Origin: Paragordius varius
Taxonomy: Eukaryota; Animalia; Nematomorpha
DNA: 64,000 nt
NCBI GenBank assembly: GCA_964247055.1
Contig: OZ176050.1
Coordinates: 1,116,001 to 1,180,000 of the forward strand
Reading direction: 5' to 3'
Made by a program: the position numbers and the translations under genes. Below the pieces are notes generated by a model. That model was not told the origin of the DNA. It did not search any database and worked only from the letters and a program-made list of their open reading frames with translations. This document shows positions 12,723-25,200 of the stretch, one piece after another (position 1 is the first letter of the stretch; each line of letters begins with the position of its first letter).

Positions 12723-14518
12723 AATATAGAGATAGTTTGACAAACTCTTTCATATCCGATTTTTACAGCGATACTTTAAAAATTAATGTATTAAACTAGT
12801 CGCATCAATACTCAAGTTAAACTTTGTCCTTAAAAATCGGATATTGGTCACCGGTGAACAAAATTATTTTTTATACATTCTCTTAGTAAGACTACATCAA
12901 AATATAGAGATAGTTTGACAAACTCTTTCTTATCCGATTTTTACAACGATACTTTAAAAATTATGGTATTAAACCAGTCGCATCAATACTCAAGTATAAC
13001 TTTGTCCTTAAAAATCGGATATTGGTCACCGGTGAACAAAATTATTTTATATACATTCATTCTCTTAGTATGACTACATCAAAATATAGAGATAGTTTGA
13101 CAAACTCTTTCATATCCGATTTTTACAACGATACTTATAAAATTAATGTATAAAACTAGTCGCATCAATACTCAAGTTAAACTTTGTCCTTAAAAATCGG
13201 ATATTGGTCACCGGTGAACAAAATTATTTTTTATACATTCTCTTAGTAAGACTACATCAAAATATAGAGATAGTTTGACAAACACTTTCATATCCGATTT
13301 TTACAACGATACTTTAAAAATTATGGTATTAAACCAGTCGCATCAATACTCAAGCTAAACATTGTCCTTAAAAATAGGATATTGGTCACCGGTGAACAAA
13401 ATTATTTTTTATACATTCTCTTAGTAAGACTACATCAAAATATAGAGATAGTTTGACAAACTCTTTCATATCCGATTTTTACAACGATACTTTATAAATT
13501 ATGGTATTAAACTAGTCGCATCAATACATAAGTTAAACTTTGTCCTTAAAAATCGGATATTGGTAACCGGTGAACAAAACTACTTATTATACATTCTCTT
13601 AGTAAGACTACAACAAAATATAGAGATAGTTTGACAAACTCTTTCAAATCCGATTTTTACAACGATATTTAAAAATTAATGTATAAAACTAGTCGTATCA
13701 ATAAATCGCATCAATACTCAAGTTAAACTTTGTCCTTAAAAATCGGATATTGGTCACCGGTGAACAAAATTGTTTTTTATACATTCTCTTAGTAGGACTA
13801 CATCAAAATATAGAGATAGTTTGGCAAACTTTTTCATATCCGATTTTTACAACGATACTTTAAAAATTATGGTATTAAACCAGTCGCATCAATACTCAAG
13901 TTAAACTTTGTCCTTAAAAATCGGATATTGGTCACCGGTGAACAAAACTATTTTTTATACATTCTCTTAGTAAGACTACATCAAAATATAGAGATAGTTT
14001 GACAAACTCTTTCATATCCGATTTTTACAACGATACTTTAAAAATTAATGTATTAAACTAGTCGCATCAATACTCAAGTTAAACTTTGTCCTTTAAAATC
14101 GGATATTGATCACCGGTGAACAAAATTATTTTTTATACATTCTCTTAGTAAGACTACATCAAAATATAGAGATAGTTTGACAAACTCTTTCATATCCGAT
14201 TGTTACAGCGATACTTTAAAAATTAATGTATTAAACTAGTCGCATCAATACATAAGTTAAACTTTGTCCTTAAAAATCGGATATTGGTCACCGGTGAACG
14301 AAACTATTTTTTATACATTCTCTTAGTAGGACTACATCAAAATATAGAGATAGTTTGAAAAACTCTTTAATATCCGATTTTTACAACGATACTTTAAAAA
14401 TTAATGTATAAAACTAGTCGCATCAATACTCAAGTTAAACTTTGTCCTTAAAAATCGGATATTGGTCACCGGTGAACAAAATTATTTTTTATACATTCTC
14501 TTAGTAAGACTACATCAA

Positions 14519-14653
14519 AATATAGAAATAGTTTGACAAACTCTTTCATATCCGATATTACAACGATAAAGCTAAACATTGTCCTTAAAAATCGGATATT
14601 GGTCACCGGTGAACAAAACTATTTTTTATACATTCTCATTAAGACTACATCAA
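14519..14653 (+). repeat. 135-bp deletion monomer, copy 5
   Basis: Same junction. It is followed by the private variants GAGGTAG, TACAGTGAT and ACCGAAGAAC, shared only with copy 6. Confidence 0.93.
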
Positions 14654-16093
14654 AATATAGAGGTAGTTTGACAAACTCTTTCATATCCGATTTTTACAGT
14701 GATACTTTAAAAATTAATGTATTAAACTAGTCGCATCAATACTCAAGTTAAACTTTGTCCTTAAAAATCGGATATTGGTCACCGAAGAACAAAATTATTT
14801 TTTATACATTCTCTTAGTAAGACTACATCAAAATATAGAGATAGTTTGACAAACACTTTCATATCCGATTTTTACAACGATACTTTAAAAATTATGGTAT
14901 TAAACCAGTCGCATCAATAAATCGCATCAATACTCAAGTTAAACTTTGTCCTTAAAAATCGGATATTGGTCACCGGTGAACAAAATTATTTTTTATACAT
15001 TCTCTTAGTAGGACTACATCAAAATATAGAGATAGTTTGGCAAACTTTTTCATAATCGATTTTTACAACGATACTTTAAAAATTAATGTATAAAACTAGT
15101 CGCATCAATACTCAAGTTAAACTTTGTCCTTAAAAATCGGATATTAGTCACCGGTAAACAAAATTATTTTTTATACATTCTCTTAGTAAGACTACATCAA
15201 AATATAGATATAGTTTGACAAATTCTTTCATATCCGATTTTTACAACGATACTTTAAAAATTAATGTATTTAACTAGTCGCATCAATACTCAAGTCCTTA
15301 AAAATAGGATATTGGTCACCGGTGAACAAAATTATTTTTTATACATTCTCTTAGTAAGACTACATCAAAATATAGAGATAGTTTGACAAACTCTTTCATA
15401 TCCGATTTTTACAACGATACTTTAAAAATTAATGTATAAAACTAGTCGTATCAATAAATCGCATCAATACTAAAGTTAAACTTTGTCCTCAAAAATCGGA
15501 TATTGGTCACCGGTGAACAAAATTATTTTTTATACATTCTCTTAGTAGGACTACATCAAAATATAGAGATAGTTTAACAAACTTTTTCATAATCGATTTT
15601 TACAACGATACTTTAAAAATTAATGTATAAAACTAGTCGCATCAATACTCAAGTTAAACTTTGTCCTTAAAAATCGGATATTAGTCACCGGTAAACAAAA
15701 TTATTTTTTATACATTCTCTTAGTAAGACTACATCAAAATATAGAGATAGTTTGACAAACTATTTCATATCCGATTTTTACAACGATACTTTAGAAATTA
15801 ATGTATTAAACTAGTCGCATCAATACTCAAGTTAAACTTTGTCCTTAAAAATCGGATATTGGTCACCGGTGAACAAAATTATTTTTTATACATTCTCTTA
15901 GTAAGACTACATCAAAATATAGAGATAGTTTGACAAACTCTTTCATATCCGATTTTTACAACGATACTTTAAAAATTAATGTATAAAACTAGTCGCATCA
16001 ATACTCAAGTTAAACTTTGTCCTTAAAAATCGGATATTGGTCACCGGTGAACAAAATTATTTTTTATACATTCTCTTAGTAGGACTACATCAA

Positions 16094-17185
16094 AATATAG
16101 AGATAGTTTGACAAACTATTTCATATCCGATTTTTACAACGATACTTTAGAAATTAATGTATTAAACTAGTCGCATCAATACTCAAGTTAAACTTTGTCC
16201 TTAAAAATCGGATATTGGTCACCGGTGAACAAAATTATTTTTTATACATTCTCTTAGTAAGACTACATCAAAATATAGAGATAGTTTGACAAACTCTTTC
16301 ATATCCGATTTTTACAACGATACTTTAAAAATTAATGTATAAAACTAGTCGTATCAATAAATCGCATCAATACTCAAGTTAAACTTTGTCCTTAAAAATC
16401 GGATATTGGTCACCGGTGAACAAAATTATTTTTTATACATTCTCTTAGTAGGACTACATCAAAATATAGAGATAGTTTCCAAACTTTTTCATAATCGATT
16501 TTTACAACGATACTTTAAAAATTAATGTATAAAACTAGTCGCATCAATACTCAAGTTAAACTTTGTCCTTAAAAATCGGATATTGGTCACCGGTGAACAA
16601 AATTATTTTTTATACATTCTCTTAGTAGGACTACATCAAAATATAGAGATAGTTTGACAAACTATTTCATATCCGATTTTTACAACGATATTTTAGAAAT
16701 TAATGTATTAAACTAGTCGCATCAATACTCAAGTTAAACTTTGTCCTTAAAAATCGGATATTGGTCACCGGTGAACAAAATTATTTTTTATACATTCTCT
16801 TAGTAAGACTACATCAAAATATAGAGATAGTTTGACAAACTCTTTCATATCCGATTTTTACAACGATACTTTAAAAATTAATGTATAAAACTAGTCGTAT
16901 CAATAAATCGCATCAATACTCAAGTTAAACTTTGTCCTTAAAAATCGGATATTGGTCACCGGTGAACAAAATTATTTTTTATACATTCTCTTAGTAAGAC
17001 TACATCAAAATATAGAGATAGTTTCCAAACTTTTTCATAATCGATTTTTACAACGATACTTTAAAAATTAATGTATAAAACTAGTCGCATCAATACTCAA
17101 GTTAAACTTTGTCCTTAAAAATCGGATATTAGTCACCGGTAAACAAAATTATTTTTTATACATTCTCTTAGTAAGACTACATCAA
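16094..17185 (+). repeat. 3-monomer HOR (546 bp), also seen at ~19.4-19.9 kb, 23844-24935 and ~26.4-27 kb
   Basis: The unit is [CTATTTC+TTAGAAATT monomer][13-bp-duplication monomer][TTTCCAAAC+ATAATCG monomer]. The marker recurs at 16116/16662/17208, 19401/19947 and 23866/24412/24958, always 546 bp apart. Confidence 0.85.
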
Positions 17186-18278
17186 AATATAGAGATAGTT
17201 TGACAAACTATTTCATATCCGATTTTTACAACGATACTTTAGAAATTAATGTATTAAACTAGTCGCATCAATACTCAAGTTAAACTTTGTCCTTAAAAAT
17301 CGGATATTGGTCACCGGTGAACAAAATTATTTTTTATACATTCTCTTAGTAAGACTACATCAAAATATAGAGATAGTTTGACAAACTCTTTCATATCCGA
17401 TTTTTACAACGATACTTTAAAAATTAATGTATAAAACTAGTCGCATCAATACTCAAGTTAAACTTTGTCCTTAAAAATCGGATATTGGTCACCGGTGAAC
17501 AAAATTATTTTTTATACATTCTCTTAGTAGGACTACATCAAAATATAGAGATAGTTTGACAAACTATTTCATATCCGATTTTTACAACGATACTTTAGAA
17601 ATTAATGTATTAAACTAGTCGCATCAATACTCAAGTTAAACTTTGTCCTTAAAAATCGGATATTGGTCACCGGTGAACAAAATTATTTTTTATACATTCT
17701 CTTAGTAAGACTACATCAAAATATAGAGATAGTTTGACAAACTCTTTCATATCCGATTTTTACAACGATACTTTAAAAATTAATGTATAAAACTAGTCGT
17801 ATCAATAAATCGCATCAATACTCAAGTTAAACTTTGTCCTTAAAAATCGGATATTGGTCACCGGTGAACAAAATTATTTTTTATACATTCTCTTAGTAGG
17901 ACTACATCAAAATATAGAGATAGTTTCCAAACTTTTTCATAATCGATTTTTACAACGATACTTTAAAAATTAATGTATTAAACTAGTCGCATCAATACTC
18001 AAGTTAAACTTTGTCCTTAAAAATCGGATATTGGTCACCGGTGAACAAAATTATTTTTTATACATTCTCTTAGTAAGACTACATCAAAATATAGAGATAG
18101 TTTGACAAACTCTTTCATATCCGATTTTTACAACGATACTTTAAAAATTAATGTATAAAACTAGTCGTATCAATAAATCGCATCAATACTCAAGTTAAAC
18201 TTTGTCCTTAAAAATCGGATATTGGTCACCGGTGAACAAAATTATTTTTTATACATTCTCTTAGTAAGACTACATCAA

Positions 18279-21216
18279 AATATAGAGATAGTTTCCAAAC
18301 TTTTTCATAATCGATTTTTACAACGATACTTTAAAAATTAATGTATAAAACTAGTCGCATCAATACTCAAGTTAAATTTTGTCCTTAAAAATGGGATATT
18401 GGTCACCGGTGAACAAAACTATTTTTTATACATTCTCTTGGTAAGACTACATCAAAATATAGAGATAGTTTGACAAACTATTTCATATCCGATTTTTACA
18501 ACGATACTTTAGAAATTAATGTATTAAACTAGTCGCATCAATACTCAAGTTAAACTTTGTCCTTAAAAATCGGATATTGGTCACCGGTGAACAAAATTAT
18601 TTTTTATACATTCTCTTAGTAAGACTACATCAAAATATAGAGATAGTTTGACAAACTTTTTCATATCCGATTTTTACAACGATACTTTAAAAATTAATGT
18701 ATAAAACTAGTCGTATCAATAAATAGCATCAATACTCAAGTTAAACTTTGTCCTTAAAAATCGGATATTGGTCACCGGTGGAAAATTATTTTTTATACAT
18801 TCTCTTAGTAAGACTACATCAAAATATAGAGATAGTTTGACAAACACTTTCATATCCGATTTTTACAACGATACTTTAAAAATTACGGTATTAAACCAGT
18901 CGCATCAATACTCAAGCTAAACATTGTCCTTAAAAATAGGATATTGGTCACCGGTGAACAAAATTATTTTTTATACATTCTCTTAGTAAGACTACATCAA
19001 AATATAGAGATAGTTTGACAAACTCTTTCATATCCGATTTTTACAACGATACTTTATAAATTATGGTATTAAACCAGTCGCATCAATACTCAAGTTAAAC
19101 TTTGTCCTTAAAAATCGGATATTGGTCACCGGTGAACAAAACTATTTTTTATACATTCTCTTAGTAAGACTACATCAAAATATAGAGATAGTTTGACAAA
19201 CTCTTTCATATCCGATTTTTACAACGATACTTTAAAAATTAATGAGCGATACTTTAAAAATTAATGTATTAAACTAGTCGCATCAATACTCAAGTTAAAT
19301 TTTGTCCTTAAAAATGGGATATTGGTCACCGGTGAACAAAACTATTTTTTATACATTCTCTTGGTAAGACTACATCAAAATATAGAGATAGTTTGACAAA
19401 CTATTTCATATCCGATTTTTACAACGATACTTTAGAAATTAATGTATTAAACTAGTCGCATCAATACTCAAGTTAAACTTTGTCCTTAAAAATCGGATAT
19501 TGGTCACCGGTGAACAAAATTATTTTTTATACATTCTCTTAGTAAGACTACATCAAAATATAGAGATAGTTTGACAAACTCTTTCATATCCGATTTTTAC
19601 AACGATACTTTAAAAATTAATGTATAAAACTAGTCGTATCAATAAATCGCATCAATACTCAAGTTAAACTTTGTCCTTAAAAATCGGATATTGGTCACCG
19701 GTGAACAAAATTATTTTTTATACATTCTCTTAGTAAGACTACATCAAAATATAGAGATAGTTTCCAAACTTTTTCATAATCGATTTTTACAACGATACTT
19801 TAAAAATTAATGTATAAAACTAGTCGCATCAATACTCAAGTTAAATTTTGTCCTTAAAAATGGGATATTGGTCACCGGTGAACAAAACTATTTTTTATAC
19901 ATTCTCTTGGTAAGACTACATCAAAATATAGAGATAGTTTGACAAACTATTTCATATCCGATTTTTACAACGATACTTTAGAAATTAATGTATTAAACTA
20001 GTCGCATCAATACTCAAGTTAAACTTTGTCCTTAAAAATCGGATATTGGTCACCGGTGAACAAAATTATTTTTTATACATTCTCTTAGTAAGACTACATC
20101 AAAATATAGAGATAGTTTGACAAACTTTTTCATATCCGATTTTTACAACGATACTTTAAAAATTAATGTATAAAACTAGTCGTATCAATAAATAGCATCA
20201 ATACTCAAGTTAAACTTTGTCCTTAAAAATCGGATATTGGTCACCGGTGGAAAATTATTTTTTATACATTCTCTTAGTAAGACTACATCAAAATATAGAG
20301 ATAGTTTGACAAACACTTTCATATCCGATTTTTACAACGATACTTTAAAAATTACGGTATTAAACCAGTCGCATCAATACTCAAGCTAAACATTGTCCTT
20401 AAAAATAGGATATTGGTCACCGGTGAACAAAATTATTTTTTATACATTCTCTTAGTAAGACTACATCAAAATATAGAGATAGTTTGACAAACTCTTTCAT
20501 ATCCGATTTTTACAACGATACTTTATAAATTATGGTATTAAACCAGTCGCATCAATACTCAAGTTAAACTTTGTCCTTAAAAATCGGATATTGGTCACCG
20601 GTGAACAAAACTATTTTTTATACATTCTCTTAGTAAGACTACATCAAAATATAGAGATAGTTTGACAAACTCTTTCATATCCGATTTTTACAACGATACT
20701 TTAAAAATTAATGAGCGATACTTTAAAAATTAATGTATTAAACTAGTCGCATCAATACTCAAGTTAAATTTTGTCCTTAAAAATGGGATATTGGTCACCG
20801 GTGAACAAAACTATTTTTTATACATTCTCTTGGTAAGACTACATCAAAATATAGAGATAGTTTGACAAACTATTTCATATCCGATTTTTACAACGATACT
20901 TTAGAAATTAATGTATTAAACTAGTCGCATCAATACTCAAGTTAAACTTTGTCCTTAAAAATCGGATATTGGTCACCGGTGAACAAAATTATTTTTTATA
21001 CCTTCTCTTAGTAAGACTACATCAAAATATAGAGATAGTTTGACAAACTCTTTCATATCCGATTTTTACAACGATACTTTAAAAATTAATGTATAAAACT
21101 AGTCGTATCAATAAATAGCATCAATACTCAAGTTAAACTTTGTCCTTAAAAATCGGATATTGGTCACCGGTGAACAAAATTATTTTTTATACATTCTCTT
21201 AGTAAGACTACATCAA
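18279..21216 (+). repeat. Tandem duplication of an 8-monomer unit (1469 bp x2)
   Basis: A 22-bp insertion (19225/20694), GGTGGAAAATT and ATTACGGTATT all recur at about 1469 bp. Unit starts are 18279, 19748 and 21217. Confidence 0.88.
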
Positions 21217-22106
21217 AATATAGAGATAGTTTGACAAACACTTTCATATCCGATTTTTACAACGATACTTTAAAAATTATGGTATTAAACCAGTCGCATC
21301 AATACTCAAGCTAAACATTGTCCTTAAAAATAGGATATTGGTCACCGGTGAACAAAATTATTTTTTATACATTCTCTTAGTAAGACTACATCAAAATATA
21401 GAGATAGTTTGACAAACTCTTTCATATCCGATTTTTACAACGATACTTTATAAATTATGGTATTAAACCAGTCGCATTAATACTCAAGTTAAACTTTGTC
21501 CTTAAAAATCGGATATTGGTCACCGGTGAACAAAACTATTTTTTATACATTCTCTTAGTAAGACTACATCAAAATATAGAGATAGTTTGACAAACACTTT
21601 CATATCCGATTTTTACAACGATACTTTAAAAATTATGGTATTAAACCAGTCGCATCAATACTCAAGCTAAACATTGTCCTTAAAAATAGGATATTGGTCA
21701 CCGGTGAACAAAATTATTTTTTATACATTCTCTTAGTAAGACTACATCAAAATATAGAGATAGTTTGACAAACTCTTTCATATCCGATTTTTACAACGAT
21801 ACTTTATAAATTATGGTATTAAACCAGTCGCATTAATACTCAAGTTAAACTTTGTCCTTAAAAATCGGATATTGGTCACCGGTGAACGAAACTATTTTTT
21901 ATACATTCTCTTAGTAGGACTACATCAAAATATAGAGATAGTTTGGAAAACTCTTTAATATCCGATTTTTACAACGATACTTTAAAAATTAATGTATAAA
22001 ACTAGTCGCATCAATACTCAAGTTAAACTTTGTCCTTAAAAATCGGATATTGGTCACCGGTGAACAAAATTATTTTTTATACATTCTCTTAGTAAGACTA
22101 CATCAA

Positions 22107-22241
22107 AATATAGAAATAGTTTGACAAACTCTTTCATATCCGATATTACAACGATAAAGCTAAACATTGTCCTTAAAAATCGGATATTGGTCACCGGTGA
22201 ACAAAACTATTTTTTATACATTCTCATTAAGACTACATCAA
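22107..22241 (+). repeat. 135-bp deletion monomer, copy 6
   Basis: Same junction and same downstream private variants as copy 5, at offset 7588. Confidence 0.93.
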
Positions 22242-25200
22242 AATATAGAGGTAGTTTGACAAACTCTTTCATATCCGATTTTTACAGTGATACTTTAAAA
22301 ATTAATGTATTAAACTAGTCGCATCAATACTCAAGTTAAACTTTGTCCTTAAAAATCGGATATTGGTCACCGAAGAACAAAATTATTTTTTATACATTCT
22401 CTTAGTAAGACTACATCAAAATATAGAGATAGTTTGACAAACACTTTCATATCCGATTTTTACAACGATACTTTAAAAATTATGGTATTAAACCAGTCGC
22501 ATCAATACTCAAGCTAAACATTGTCCTTAAAAATAGGATATTGGTCACCGGTGAACAAAATTATTTTTTATACATTCTCTTAGTAAGACTACATCAAAAT
22601 ATAGAGATAGTTTGACAAACTCTTTCATATCCGATTTTTACAACGATACTTTAAAAATTAATGTATAAAACTAGTCGTATCAATAAATCGCATCAATACT
22701 CAAGTTAAACTTTGTCCTTAAAAATCGGATATTGGTCACTGGTGAAAATTATTTTTTATACATTCTCTTAGTAGGACTACATCAAAATATAGAGATAGTT
22801 TGGCAAACTTTTTCATATCCGATTTTTACAACGATACTTTAAAAATTAATGTATAAAACTAGTCGCATCAATACTCAAGTTAAACTTTGTCCTTAAAAAT
22901 CGGATATTAGTCACCGGTAAACAAAATTTTTTATACATTCTCTTAGTAAGACTACATCAAAATATAGATATAGTTTGACAAATTCTTTCATATCCGATTT
23001 TTACAACGATACTTTAAAAATTAATGTATTTAACTAGTCGCATCAATACTCAAGTCCTTAAAAATAGGATATTGGTCACCGGTGAACAAAATTATTTTTT
23101 ATACATTCTCTTAGTAAGACTACATCAAAATATAGAGATAGTTTGACAAACTCTTTCATATCCGATTTTTACAACGATACTTTAAAAATTAATGTATAAA
23201 ACTAGTCGTATCAATAAATCGCATCAATACTAAAGTTAAACTTTGTCCTTAAAAATCGGATATTGGTCATCGGTGAACAAAATTATTTTTTATACATTCT
23301 CTTAGTAGGACTACATCAAAATATAGAGATAGTTTGGCAAACTTTTTCATAATCGATTTTTACAACGATACTTTAAAAATTAATGTATAAAACTAGTCGC
23401 ATCAATACTCAAGTTAAACTTTGTCCTTAAAAATCGGATATTAGTCACCGGTAAACAAAATTATTTTTTATACATTCTCTTAGTAAGACTACATCAAAAT
23501 ATAGATATAGTTTGACAAATTCTTTCATATCCGATTTTTACAACGATACTTTAAAAATTAATGTATTTAACTAGTCGCATCAATACTCAAGTCCTTCAAA
23601 ATCGGATATTGGTCACCGGTGAACAAAATTATTTTTTATACATTCTCTTAGCAAGACTACATCAAAATATAGAGATACTTTGACAAACTCTTTCATATCC
23701 GATTTTTACAACGATACTTTAAAAATTAATGTATAAAACTAGTCGCATCAATACTCAAGTTAAACTTTGTCCTTAAAAATCGGATATTGGTCACCGGTGA
23801 ACAAAATTATTTTTTATACATTCTCTTAGTAGGACTACATCAAAATATAGAGATAGTTTGACAAACTATTTCATATCCGATTTTTACAACGATACTTTAG
23901 AAATTAATGTATTAAACTAGTCGCATCAATACTCAAGTTAAACTTTGTCCTTAAAAATCGGATATTGGTCACCGGTGAACAAAATTATTTTTTATACATT
24001 CTCTTAGTAAGACTACATCAAAATATAGAGATAGTTTGACAAACTCTTTCATATCCGATTTTTACAACGATACTTTAAAAATTAATGTATAAAACTAGTC
24101 GTATCAATAAATCGCATCAATACTCAAGTTAAACTTTGTCCTTAAAAATCGGATATTGGTCACCGGTGAACAAAATTATTTTTTATACATTCTCTTAGTA
24201 GGACTACATCAAAATATAGAGATAGTTTCCAAACTTTTTCATAATCGATTTTTACAACGATACTTTAAAAATTAATGTATAAAACTACTCGCATCAATAC
24301 TCAAGTTAAACTTTGTCCTTAAAAATCGGATATTGGTCACCGGTGAACAAAATTATTTTTTATACATTCTCTTAGTAGGACTACATCAAAATATAGAGAT
24401 AGTTTGACAAACTATTTCATATCCGATTTTTACAACGATATTTTAGAAATTAATGTATTAAACTAGTCGCATCAATACTCAAGTTAAACTTTGTCCTTAA
24501 AAATCGGATATTGGTCACCGGTGAACAAAATTATTTTTTATACATTCTCTTAGTAAGACTACATCAAAATATAGAGATAGTTTGACAAACTCTTTCATAT
24601 CCGATTTTTACAACGATACTTTAAAAATTAATGTATAAAACTAGTCGTATCAATAAATCGCATCAATACTCAAGTTAAACTTTGTCCTTAAAAATCGGAT
24701 ATTGGTCACCGGTGAACAAAATTATTTTTTATACATTCTCTTAGTAGGACTACATCAAAATATAGAGATAGTTTCCAAACTTTTTCATAATCGATTTTTA
24801 CAACGATACTTTAAAAATTAATGTATAAAACTAGTCGCATAAATACTCAAGTTAAATTTTGTCCTTAAAAATGGGATATTGGTCACCGGTGAACAAAACT
24901 ATTTTTTATACATTCTCTTGGTAAGACTACATCAAAATATAGAGATAGTTTGACAAACTATTTCATATCCGATTTTTACAACGATACTTTAGAAATTAAT
25001 GTATTAAACTAGTCGCATCAATACTCAAGTTAAACTTTGTCCTTAAAAATCGGATATTGGTCACCGGTGAACAAAATTATTTTTTATACATTCTCTTAGT
25101 AAGACTACATCAAAATATAGAGATAGTTTGACAAACTCTTTCATATCCGATTTTTACAACCATACTTTAAAAATTAATGTATAAAACTAGTCGTATCAAT

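Larger units (their letters stand above)
14290..24935 (+). repeat. Dispersed block duplication: ~14.3-17.2 kb recurs at ~21.9-24.9 kb
   Basis: Offsets are 7588 (CTTTAATA 14365/21953, ACCGAAG 14781/22369, deletion monomer), 7760 (CAAGTCCTTA 15291/23051) and 7750 (CTATTTC 16116/23866 and 16662/24412, including the rare GATATTTTAGAAAT). Confidence 0.82.

Noticed and set aside
4131-22318. Six near-identical 65-aa ORFs (4131, 6758, 9951, 12602, 14533, 22121)
   Set aside because: Each starts at a TTG inside the 135-bp deletion monomer. Because 135 is a multiple of 3 and the deletions remove in-frame stops, the frame runs into the next monomer, producing the repeated TNSFISD peptide. There is no ATG, no recognisable domain and no coding context, so these are satellite artefacts.
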